Assembly (NCBI GenBank): GCA_964348895.1
Contig: CAYGEH010000001.1
Location: 246,610 to 310,609, forward strand
Direction: 5' to 3'
Source: an uncultured Gammaproteobacteria bacterium
GTDB taxonomy: Bacteria; Patescibacteriota; Microgenomatia; 0-14-0-10-38-17
DNA: 64,000 nt
Shown here: positions 1-8,451 of the stretch, in pieces
Position numbering within the stretch: position 1 is the stretch's first letter
Layout: each line of letters starts with the position of its first letter
Program-made: the position numbers and the translations under genes
The notes under the pieces: model-generated
Seen by the model: the letters and a program-made list of their open reading frames with translations, nothing else
The model's database searches: none
What the model was told of the DNA's origin: nothing

Positions 1-2621
1 GCTACTCCCGCAAGTGTTGTCGTAACTCCCGTGTGCCTAACTTCGGCCGTAGGAACTCCCGTTCCCGTGTGTTTTCGGGGAAGATTAGCCGCCGACACCA
101 ATGTACCTAAAGAAGCGGCTGTCACTCTGCGCAAGGTTATTGGAATATAGCCGGGAGCTGTAAGAGCTGCGTTTCGCTTTGATTTAATTCCAATTCGCCT
201 GACAACATAGTTTGTGTTTGAGCCAACAGGATTAAAGAGAGTGGCGTAGACATAGTTAATACTAAGACTACCAGTAACAGGATTTGTAGTCATAAGATAT
301 TCTCTTTGCGAAGCGGGGGTACTGGCAAAAGCAACTTCTTCCCACTCAACAAGCATTTTTATCCGAATGGCAGTGCTAGTATTAACCTCTTGTCCAAGCG
401 CAAACCCTTCGCCCGGTTGTAAAATAATTCGTTCGTCAGTTTCAAAGAGAATTTCTCGATGGCCACTAATTGCTGGAGCCACTGCGGTTCCTGCCGCACC
501 TGGTGTTTCTATGTTAATAAAGTTGGCGTCTATCGTTTGCGCGTAGGTGTTGGCAACACCATTAAGCCGAATATCCATCGCGCTGTTTGCCGTTAGACTA
601 TGTTTTCGGGGAATGTCGGCCGCGACAATTTGAGTTCCCCCAGAGGCTGCAGTCGTACGCCTTAAGCGCAAAGGAATATAGGTGGCTGCAGCAGTTGCAT
701 CCACTCTCACTGCCACTCGTTTGACAATGGCTGTCCTGCCCGAAGCTGAGGGATTAAAGAATGAGGTGTGATTACGAGCACCGCCAGTCTGTCCAGGCAC
801 TGAGCCAATGTCTATCAAATACTCGTTTCGACTTGACGGAGCGGTCACCTCTTCGTCCCACTCAATTAGTATTTTCACAAAATGGTTAGCATTTCCAGCC
901 AGATAATTTATATAAAACCCCAGACCCTCACCTTCTCGCAAAATTAAATTCTCATTTTCGCCAAAAACAATTTCACGATGACCAATAATCTGCCCAATTG
1001 CCCCCGCACCATTGGCTTTGAATATGCCGGAGCCAGATGCAACACCAGCGGCAATACTGCGGTGCCCAACATAGGTCGTGGTGATCGCAGTTGCACAAGT
1101 TGATCCACACCAGCGCCACTGCATTGCCGAATTTCCTGTCCCAGTATGTTTTTTAGGAATATCCGCGGCGGCAATAAGTATGCCAGCAGAGGCCGCGCTG
1201 ATGCGCTGAAAATTCCAATCGGAATATGCTGCCGCCCCATCAGCGTCCACACGGATGACAAGACGCTTTACCACCGCCGTTCTGCCTGAACCAGTCGGAT
1301 TAAAAAAAGTGTGAAAAGTGGTACCAAGAACTCCTAACACTTCGGTCCGATTCGAAGCAAAAATGTACTCGCCCCGTGAAGCGGGCGTACTCCCCGAGGC
1401 AACCTCCTGCCACTCTATAATCATTCGATTAATCTGGGCTGTGCTGCCGGACGCTTCTGCAATAAGCGCTATTCCCTCGTTTGGTTGAAGAATGAGTTTT
1501 TCGTCGTTAGCGTGAAGATTAAGCTCCATAAAGCCGTGCGACTGTCCAGCGGCGCCACAGGGGGTAACATGACCGAGCCGACTATCAGCACTCCCCACCA
1601 GGGTTACAGTCACTCCAGTATGCCGTATATCCATAGCACTATTTGGGCTTCCAGTGTGTTTTCGGGGAATATCTGAACCCAACACCTGCGAGGCACCCGA
1701 GGCTGCAGAGGTCCGCCTAATAACAACATTATTAGCATAAACTGCGCCCGCAAGACAGGTCTCGCTGCCAAACCAAATTCGCTTAACAATCGCAGTTCTG
1801 CCAGAAGCGCCTGGATTGAAAAAAGAATTATAAACATAATTAGTACCGGCGGTGTTCTCTACTCGGGGAAAGGCAAAGAGAAATTCGCCTTGGGCTGTAG
1901 GCGCAACCGCAACCTCTTGCCACTCGACAGACATCCGTATGCGCTGATTCGCATTCCCAGCCGCCTCCTGATAAAGGGCTATTCCCTCACCCGGCTGAAG
2001 AATAAGTTGTTCGTCGCTAGTGCCAAAGGTAATTTCTCGGTAGCTATGAAACTCCCCAATTGCGCCAGGCATCGCCTGACCCAAAATCCGTGAATTAGTA
2101 ACTCCAACCCAAGTAACCGTCACTCCAGTGTGTCGCACCGTCATCACTGGATTTGTCGAGCCGCTATTTTTCTTGGGAATATTGGCCGCCACCACTTCTG
2201 TTCCTAGCGAAGAAGCGCTAATTCGCCTAACGGTCAAATTAACATAGTTTGCCGCCGCCACCGCATTGGCCCGAACCGCAATCCGCTTAACCACCGCTGT
2301 TCTTCCTGAACCACCAGGGTTAAAAAAAGCGGCGTAAACATAATTAGCGGCGGTTGAACCAGCTATTGGTCCAACATCAATCATATATTCCAGTTCTGCT
2401 GGATCAAGCGCAGCTTGAACCGAACGCGAACTTAAACGAAAATTATCAACTACATTTGTATCTTGGCGGGCCAAATAAGTCTTATCCACAATGTTTTCTC
2501 CTCTAATCGCATCCCTGCCAATCCGAAAGACTAGGTTAATTGCCACTAAACCAACATCGGCCGTTAATAATAAAACTACAAAAGCAATAACAGAAATTTT
2601 TTTAACGAAGGTTGGCAACAT
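1..2621 (-). CDS. Large secreted/surface tandem-repeat protein (5' portion; gene continues past window start). N-terminal signal-anchor MLPTFVKKISVIAFVVLLLTA followed by at least 5 degenerate repeats of about 175 aa
   Basis: Manual minus-strand translation from the ATG at 2621 (AGGAG RBS 10 nt upstream) shows no stop codon down to position 1. Recurring motifs each repeat: FFNPxxSGRTAxVKR, DIPRKHTG, HREIxFGxxExLILQPGEG, xEWxEV. DNA repeat period is about 520-540 nt (FFNP motifs near 2327, 1815, 1300, 760, 235). Absent from the ORF track only because there is no in-window stop. Confidence 0.6.
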   Translation of the reverse strand, partial: MLPTFVKKISVIAFVVLLLTADVGLVAINLVFRIGRDAIRGENIVDKTYLARQDTNVVDNFRLSSRSVQAALDPAELEYMIDVGPIAGSTAANYVYAAFFNPGGSGRTAVVKRIAVRANAVAAANYVNLTVRRISASSLGTEVVAANIPKKNSGSTNPVMTVRHTGVTVTWVGVTNSRILGQAMPGAIGEFHSYREITFGTSDEQLILQPGEGIALYQEAAGNANQRIRMSVEWQEVAVAPTAQGEFLFAFPRVENTAGTNYVYNSFFNPGASGRTAIVKRIWFGSETCLAGAVYANNVVIRRTSAASGASQVLGSDIPRKHTGSPNSAMDIRHTGVTVTLVGSADSRLGHVTPCGAAGQSHGFMELNLHANDEKLILQPNEGIALIAEASGSTAQINRMIIEWQEVASGSTPASRGEYIFASNRTEVLGVLGTTFHTFFNPTGSGRTAVVKRLVIRVDADGAAAYSDWNFQRISAASAGILIAAADIPKKHTGTGNSAMQWRWCGSTCATAITTTYVGHRSIAAGVASGSGIFKANGAGAIGQIIGHREIVFGENENLILREGEGLGFYINYLAGNANHFVKILIEWDEEVTAPSSRNEYLIDIGSVPGQTGGARNHTSFFNPSASGRTAIVKRVAVRVDATAAATYIPLRLRRTTAASGGTQIVAADIPRKHSLTANSAMDIRLNGVANTYAQTIDANFINIETPGAAGTAVAPAISGHREILFETDERIILQPGEGFALGQEVNTSTAIRIKMLVEWEEVAFASTPASQREYLMTTNPVTGSLSINYVYATLFNPVGSNTNYVVRRIGIKSKRNAALTAPGYIPITLRRVTAASLGTLVSAANLPRKHTGTGVPTAEVRHTGVTTTLAGV

Positions 2622-3603
2622 AGTTATATATCTCCTCTGAAATAGCGGTAAAAAGAGCCTTGTGATCTAGGGCTTTTTGAGCGGCGCCAGGTTTCTCTTG
2701 AATCATAACAGTAAGAAGATACTGACGGCGAGGTAGATAAACAATACCAGAATTTGTCCAGACCTGATTGTCTGTTCTGGTTCCAGTCTTGTGTGCAAAA
2801 GAAGTGTTTTCGGGTAAACCAAGGGCAAGATGTTCGCGAGGCGAATCTAAAAGAAGCTGTAAAATTTTTTGCGAATATTCAGGGGAAAGATAGGTTGCAT
2901 TATAAAGTGAACGAAAAAAAACAGAATAATTCTTAACTGTCATTCGATTGTCTAGGCCTGCACTCGCCGGAGATAATCTTAAGGTCTCCAGTATTTCGTT
3001 AAGACCTAGATGAACAAACACTTCTTCAAGTTCACTATTATTGAGGTTTCGTAAAAATACAAAATGGGCGGTATTATCAGAATTAACTAAAGATTCTCTA
3101 AATAGCCGCTCGATTGAAATTCGGGTCCCATTGGGCTCACGATAAAGATCACCAAACTGACTATCTTTATCTTCGTCAAAAATAACTAACTCATTCTCCA
3201 AGCGCCAATCGCCTCTCTCAACTTTCTTCATTGCTGCCATTGCCACTGGAATTTTAATTAGCGAGGCGGGCCAAATTCTTTCATTCTCGTTTATATTAAT
3301 GTTTACTCCAGTGGGCAGATACTCAAAATAAATGGCGACAAGATAATCGTCTCTTTTAGCGTAAGCATTTAACAAAGAATCGCGCAATGGCTGAAAACCA
3401 ACCAAATTATCTTGCTGATCAGCCACAGCAACAGCAGGACTTAAAGAAGAATAGCGCTTAAGCACATCTTGGTTTTCATTGTCGGGAAAAAACATGGTCG
3501 CAAGCAAAAAACCAACAGCAAGACCAATCCCTCCCCCAACCCCCATTAAAAGCACGGCAGAAAGCTTAGGTGTTTGCTGTAATTTAAATATGGTCTTCTT
3601 CAT
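2602..3603 (-). CDS. Class A beta-lactamase-fold serine hydrolase (penicillin-binding/beta-lactamase-like), membrane-anchored
   Basis: SxxK (ASLIK), SDN (VNSDNTA) and KTG (AHKTGT) motifs in canonical order. N-terminal TM. 20-nt overlap with the downstream repeat-protein start. Confidence 0.7.
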   Translation of the reverse strand: MKKTIFKLQQTPKLSAVLLMGVGGGIGLAVGFLLATMFFPDNENQDVLKRYSSLSPAVAVADQQDNLVGFQPLRDSLLNAYAKRDDYLVAIYFEYLPTGVNININENERIWPASLIKIPVAMAAMKKVERGDWRLENELVIFDEDKDSQFGDLYREPNGTRISIERLFRESLVNSDNTAHFVFLRNLNNSELEEVFVHLGLNEILETLRLSPASAGLDNRMTVKNYSVFFRSLYNATYLSPEYSQKILQLLLDSPREHLALGLPENTSFAHKTGTRTDNQVWTNSGIVYLPRRQYLLTVMIQEKPGAAQKALDHKALFTAISEEIYNYVANLR

Positions 3604-4364
3604 AGCTGATCAATGTTTAAGTCAACTGTTTCGGTGATAAAACCCAAAGCATTCATTTGTTCTGCAGGAACAAGTTGATGAAGGTTGTGTTGCGTGCCAA
3701 ATTCTTCTTTGGCGTCTGAGGAACCATCAGAAAAAACTTCGCCTGCTTCTTGGTTGAAAAAATAAAAACCAAAAGCGTCAATGATAATCTCCCATGAAAT
3801 TCCAGGAAAGCGGGCTTTTGCTCGTTCGCCTTTTGCCGGATCAAACTCAGAAATTCCCTGCCAGAAATACTCATCATGTTCTGGGCTGTAAACATGAAGG
3901 GTTTTTCTATCTTCTGACAGCCAAAAGAAAAAGCCATCCTTTAAGCCTACAGGAAAATCAGCGGCAACATCAACCGACATTTGTCGTTTATCTCCAGACG
4001 AATTATACAACCAAAGTTCCGACTTATCGGATCTTTCAATTACCACTGCCACCGCTTCCGGTGTAGCCGAATACACTCCCTTTAGTGGGTGTTTTGAAAA
4101 GTCAGGAGGAAGAATTGCTCCCAAAACCAAATCGGCCTCGGCTTCATCAACAAGCAAAACTTCCTCTGTTTCAATAAAAACCTCAGGTGTGGTCGTTGTT
4201 AGGGGGGTTGTAAGCGAGTGAACTGGTTGAATTTTAGTTGGTAACAAAAAACCTGTTAAATTTCCTAACCAAGCTAAAAAAATCGAAATAAAAACGGGTA
4301 GAAAAACTAAAATTTTTCTAAATTGACTGGTCATTATTTTCATTATACTTGTTTTTTTTCCCAA
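3600..4364 (-). CDS. Hypothetical membrane-anchored protein; 4-nt ATGA overlap with the downstream beta-lactamase-like gene (operon)
   Basis: 254-aa ORF with an N-terminal hydrophobic segment and no recognisable motif. Confidence 0.45.
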   Translation of the reverse strand: MGKKTSIMKIMTSQFRKILVFLPVFISIFLAWLGNLTGFLLPTKIQPVHSLTTPLTTTTPEVFIETEEVLLVDEAEADLVLGAILPPDFSKHPLKGVYSATPEAVAVVIERSDKSELWLYNSSGDKRQMSVDVAADFPVGLKDGFFFWLSEDRKTLHVYSPEHDEYFWQGISEFDPAKGERAKARFPGISWEIIIDAFGFYFFNQEAGEVFSDGSSDAKEEFGTQHNLHQLVPAEQMNALGFITETVDLNIDQL

Positions 4365-4426
4365 AAAAAATTAGCGAAGAAAAAATTCAACACAGTCTTT
4401 TTTTTCCAAAAAAATTGATTTGGGGT

Positions 4427-4502
4427 TGGTGCGCCTGCTTGGATTTGAACCAAGGACATCTACCTTATAAGAGTAGCGCTCTAACCACTGAGCTACAGGC
4501 GC
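4427..4502 (-). tRNA. tRNA-Ile with anticodon UAU (AUA-decoding), 76 nt with encoded CCA
   Basis: Hand-folded cloverleaf: 7-bp acceptor stem GCGCCTG/CAGGCGC, D-stem GCTC/GAGC, anticodon stem CTACT/GGTAG, loop CTTATAA (U33, anticodon TAT, A37), T-stem CTTGG/CCAAG with TTCAAAT loop, discriminator A, CCA. Strong similarity to canonical tRNA-Ile(GAU) except at position 34. Confidence 0.8.
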
Positions 4503-4563
4503 GTGCATCAGGCTTTTTTTGCTTCTCAAAAGAGCGTTCTTATTATATCTTAAAAAAAAGGGG

Positions 4564-6894
4564 TTATAGTCTTGCTCTTTTGGCAATTTCTGCTCCGACC
4601 AAAGCCTTATCTCGACCATATTTCAAGCGAGAAAGCTCAACAATGTTTTTGGCTAAATCCCAATTGTCCAGGGTTTTTTCTTTTACCATGTCTTTAGTTA
4701 AATCAAGAGAAAAAGGTGGCACAGGTTCGTTATTAACAATTGTTTTGATATAAGCATTATATCTTTCAATATTAAGAAGATCGTTTTCGGAAAAGTCTGG
4801 CTGAAACTCATGTTGAAGATAAGAAGCATCGGCCACTCCTACCCGAAAAGAAACCAAGGTGCCAACATTACCAAAAACAGCATTCTTAACTTCTTCTTCC
4901 ATTTGGCCAATAAACTGATTTGCCACTGTTAGGTTAAGACGATACTTTCGTGCTTCCGATAAAATTTGGGCAAAGTCTGGAGTGGCAAAGTTCTGAAATT
5001 CATCAACATAGAGATAAAAATCGCGTCGATTGTCTTCTGACACATCTTGTCGGCTCATTGCCGCAATTAACAATTTTGGCACTAAAACTAGGCCTAAAAA
5101 AGAAGAGTTCTCTTCCCCAATCTTGCCCTTAGCCAAATTAATCAACAAAATCTTGCCCTCGTCCATTGCTTGTCTGAAATCAAAAGCAGAGCGGGACTGA
5201 CCGATAATATTGCGCATCGCGGCGTCAGTTACAAATCGGCCAAACTTAGAAACAATGTAGTCTAACACTTCACTTTTGTGAAAATCACTGGTTTGGGCAA
5301 TTTGATCCGTCCAATATCGTCTAACCATTGGGTCGCTTACTTTGGGTAAAAGCTCCCGCACATACGAAGCATCAGTTAAGACCCGAACCACCTCAACAAA
5401 AGTTGCTCCAGGCTCCGTCATTACTGTTAACATCGCGTTTCTAATTGCGTGTTCAAAGCGAGGACCGATAATCCCAGTCTTATAGGGATCGTAAAGCTTA
5501 TACATTAGGTTAATAATTGAGGAGGCGACAAAATTTTTCTGTTCCTCAGTATAGGTTTCCAACAAATTAAGCCCCATTGGCCGACTAGTATCAGAAGGAT
5601 CAAAATAAATAACATCCTCGGCTCGTTCTGGGGGGATTCTGGGCAAAATTTTCTCAATTGTATCGTGGGGATCAATAAAACAAACCCCCTTACCCTCTTC
5701 AATGTCTTGAACAATCATTTGTTTTAACAGCTCTGATTTTCCCGTTCCAGTTTTTCCAATAATATAAATGTGACGGCGCCGATCGTCTTCGGTTAAAGAA
5801 ACCGGTCTTATTTCTCCTCGATAAACACTCCGACCCAAGTAAAGACCAGTGCGAGAAACCTCGGGAGGAACTGGGGCCCTTTTAGCGTTAAGCCAAGCAA
5901 TATTTGGGGTTATCACTGTTTTGTTGGGAAAATGAAAAATAGTTGCTAGTTCTTCTGAGTTAAGAATAATTTTATTGCCAAATCGTGACCAAAGTGGCCA
6001 ATAGCGATAAATAAAATTAATCATAAAGCCTCTTTTCCACCAAACCTTCTTAGTTTTAAGTCCGTTTTGATCCGAATTAAATTGCGATAGAGCGCTTTTA
6101 ATTGAAGATAAATGAGCCTTAGCCTGATCAATGTTTTTCGAACAAACAACCACCCTTAGCTCCACCTCAAACCCAGGTTTACTACATTTAATTTCAATTT
6201 TCTCTAAAGCCTTGCTATCAATTTTGAATTCCGCCTTTTCTGGATCAGCCTCTTTCTTTTTGGTAGAAGACAGAAATGATCTACCTAGTTTCTGCCACTT
6301 ACTGCCAAGGGGGGAAACTAAAATTTGAATCGCAATTCCTTCACCTTCAACCAGTTTAGACAGGGTTGAGGTTAAAGAAGATAAGGGATCAACAGAGAAA
6401 TCTTGATAAGTTTTAATCGGATAAAAGGGTGAGCTTTTAAACTCAAAGGCGGAGTAAACCACTTTTCCCTCTTTGGAAAAAATATTATATTCATCAATTC
6501 TCTTAATCACCGCCGAAGAATAAAGACCATAAATTTGTCGCTCTAAAAGATCAATTTTATTTTGAGGAATAACAAAATAAAACTTAATGCTGTCTGGAGT
6601 CCCAACAATTTCAGCGCTAAAAAAAAATTTTGGTTTTAGGTTTCCCCCCGTTTTTAGTGAGTGAAGATTGGCAAATAATTGTTCGGCGGCGTCAATTTTA
6701 ATTTCGTTTTCTCGAGGCAAAATTACCTGAAGCAAAACTAAGTCTAGTGAATATTTTTCTCGATTTCTTTCTCGCCAAAGTAAAAACAAAGCATAGCCCA
6801 GCAAAAATAAAACCCCCAAGCAGAGCAGAGTTATCACTCCTAAAACAAGAGAGCGAATTACTAAATAAACAAGATCGTTTAGGTTTTCAATCAT
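4564..6894 (-). CDS. Membrane-anchored P-loop ATPase of the TraD/TraG/VirD4 type IV secretion coupling-protein family (TrwB_AAD_bind-like)
   Basis: N-terminal TM helices, Walker A IIGKTGTGKSE, Walker B-like YLYVDEFQNF. Size and architecture typical of T4SS/conjugative coupling proteins. Confidence 0.55.
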   Translation of the reverse strand: MIENLNDLVYLVIRSLVLGVITLLCLGVLFLLGYALFLLWRERNREKYSLDLVLLQVILPRENEIKIDAAEQLFANLHSLKTGGNLKPKFFFSAEIVGTPDSIKFYFVIPQNKIDLLERQIYGLYSSAVIKRIDEYNIFSKEGKVVYSAFEFKSSPFYPIKTYQDFSVDPLSSLTSTLSKLVEGEGIAIQILVSPLGSKWQKLGRSFLSSTKKKEADPEKAEFKIDSKALEKIEIKCSKPGFEVELRVVVCSKNIDQAKAHLSSIKSALSQFNSDQNGLKTKKVWWKRGFMINFIYRYWPLWSRFGNKIILNSEELATIFHFPNKTVITPNIAWLNAKRAPVPPEVSRTGLYLGRSVYRGEIRPVSLTEDDRRRHIYIIGKTGTGKSELLKQMIVQDIEEGKGVCFIDPHDTIEKILPRIPPERAEDVIYFDPSDTSRPMGLNLLETYTEEQKNFVASSIINLMYKLYDPYKTGIIGPRFEHAIRNAMLTVMTEPGATFVEVVRVLTDASYVRELLPKVSDPMVRRYWTDQIAQTSDFHKSEVLDYIVSKFGRFVTDAAMRNIIGQSRSAFDFRQAMDEGKILLINLAKGKIGEENSSFLGLVLVPKLLIAAMSRQDVSEDNRRDFYLYVDEFQNFATPDFAQILSEARKYRLNLTVANQFIGQMEEEVKNAVFGNVGTLVSFRVGVADASYLQHEFQPDFSENDLLNIERYNAYIKTIVNNEPVPPFSLDLTKDMVKEKTLDNWDLAKNIVELSRLKYGRDKALVGAEIAKRARL

Positions 6895-6904
6895 TAGTGG
6901 TTTT

Positions 6905-7282
6905 TTAACTCTTAAACCCTATTTCTGATTCTAATAGCTTTATCAACCTTTTCGACCATTCCGCTAGCCAGCGCCAAGATTCCTCTAGCGACTCTTTTAG
7001 GCCGAAATGGTATTCGTCTAGGGTTAGTGGTAAAACAATTTTTGGTTTTTGAATTTGGGGAGAAGTAATTAGCGTTTGACCTGTTTGATCGTCTAAGACT
7101 TGATTTTTTAAAAAATAGTCCTCTTTTTCGACTCTTTCCAGGTATCCTTCTAGCTCAGGTGAAAGCTTCGGGGGCTGGCCAAGCTCAACAATATCTGCTT
7201 TTTCTTCTTGTCTTTCTGTTGAAGAAAATCGACCTGAATCCTTTTCTTTATTGGAAGATGTGTTTGGATTATTAGGTATCAT
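6905..7282 (-). CDS. Hypothetical protein, immediately upstream of and co-oriented with the coupling-protein-like ATPase
   Basis: 125-aa ORF, 10-nt gap to the next gene, no motif. Confidence 0.35.
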   Translation of the reverse strand: MIPNNPNTSSNKEKDSGRFSSTERQEEKADIVELGQPPKLSPELEGYLERVEKEDYFLKNQVLDDQTGQTLITSPQIQKPKIVLPLTLDEYHFGLKESLEESWRWLAEWSKRLIKLLESEIGFKS

Positions 7283-7384
7283 CTTTTGATAACATTCTAG
7301 CTTATCTTTCCAAGAAGATAAAGAGATTTTTCTTTTTATTTGACTTAAGAGCCTAGAACAAAAGATTTCTAAATCACAATTATT

Positions 7385-8113
7385 TTAAAAATCACCGCTA
7401 GTTTTAGGCAGAATTGATTGTGCCACCACCAGTAAAGATTCTAGCTTCTGACTACTAAAGGGAGATAAATTGTTGAACTTTGCCTTAAGACAATTTTGGG
7501 GTAAAAATTTTTGTAATCGCCAAACTAGGCTGTTGGGGTCGCCTCCGTTTTCTAGGGTCAAATCTTTTATTTCTTCAGCTAAAACAATCAGATTCTTTTT
7601 GTTGTGAATTGTTGGCACAAGAGTAGTTCGCAATTGATAGTTTAGCCCACTTGTAATAACCAGCCCCAGCGACTGGGCAACTTTTTCATAACTAATTTCT
7701 GTCATTAAGGCGTAGTTTTCTTTGTTTGATTTTATATCTAGGGCAACAAAATCAAGCAATTTACCACGAATCAGGGCCTCTAAAACCTCTGGTCTTCCCC
7801 CATTAGTATCAATTTTAAGCAAAAATCCCAAATCTTTGATTTTACGACAAAAGGAAATTAGATCTGGTTGAAGGGTTGGCTCTCCTCCAGTAAGACAAAC
7901 TCCGTCTAAAATTTTTTGACGCTTATTTAAAAATTCAAAGAAATCTTTTTCTTTAATTTCAACCAAAGAAGACTGAGCAAATCTTTTGCGAGAAACCAAG
8001 TCTTTATTGTGACAATAAGGACAGAAAAAATTACAACCAACAGTAAAAACAGCACAAGCAACTCTGTTGGGATAGTCAACTAGAGTTGTTTTTTGAAGAC
8101 CACCCAAAATCAC
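7385..8113 (-). CDS. nrdG: Anaerobic ribonucleoside-triphosphate reductase activating protein (radical SAM)
   Basis: CNFFCPYCHN CxxxCxxC radical-SAM cluster motif near the N-terminus. Sits downstream of nrdD. Confidence 0.85.
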   Translation of the reverse strand: MILGGLQKTTLVDYPNRVACAVFTVGCNFFCPYCHNKDLVSRKRFAQSSLVEIKEKDFFEFLNKRQKILDGVCLTGGEPTLQPDLISFCRKIKDLGFLLKIDTNGGRPEVLEALIRGKLLDFVALDIKSNKENYALMTEISYEKVAQSLGLVITSGLNYQLRTTLVPTIHNKKNLIVLAEEIKDLTLENGGDPNSLVWRLQKFLPQNCLKAKFNNLSPFSSQKLESLLVVAQSILPKTSGDF

Positions 8114-8223
8114 TTTCCGTTTAGCCTAACTTTTAACTTTCTTAAATTAAAAACTTTTTTTTAAATAATCCTTCCAAAAAAACAGTTTTTTTATCTATTT
8201 TTAGCGTGATTATTCTTTATCAA

Positions 8224-8364
8224 TCAAGCTTGATACTCTTTTCTTAGCTGATATTCCGCCACTTTTCCTTCATTCCACTGACCCACTGGTCGTAAATAAC
8301 CAACAACTCGAGAATAAACTTCACATGGGGTTCGATTTTTTTGAGTCATCTTCTTTTTTGTCAT
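8224..8364 (-). CDS. Stand-alone 46-aa peptide carrying the NrdD C-terminal glycyl-radical motif (MTKKKMTQKNRTPCEVYSRVVGYLRPVGQWNEGKVAEYQLRKEYQA)
   Basis: Matches the class III RNR C-terminal signature RVxGYLxxxxxWNxGKxxExxxR. Own ATG with AAGGA RBS. Separated from the nrdD stop by 87 nt that carry stops in all three frames. Below the ORF-track size cutoff. Confidence 0.55.
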   Translation of the reverse strand: MTKKKMTQKNRTPCEVYSRVVGYLRPVGQWNEGKVAEYQLRKEYQA

Positions 8365-8451
8365 AATTATCACCGTCCTTGTTTTAGTAAAAAAGCTAAA
8401 TAAGTTTTTGAAAAACTAAGCCTGCTTATGGTTTATTTTTTTCAAAAAACA

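Noticed and set aside
4349-4753. 134-aa plus-strand ORF and 82-aa minus-strand ORF (4371-4619)
   Set aside because: Overlap the tRNA-Ile gene and the 3' end of the ATPase gene; composition and position indicate non-coding or antisense artefacts.
8365-8451. Possible programmed frameshift or intron joining nrdD to the glycyl-radical peptide
   Set aside because: All three frames of the 87-nt linker contain stop codons and it is far too short for a group I/II intron. Kept instead as a split-gene finding.
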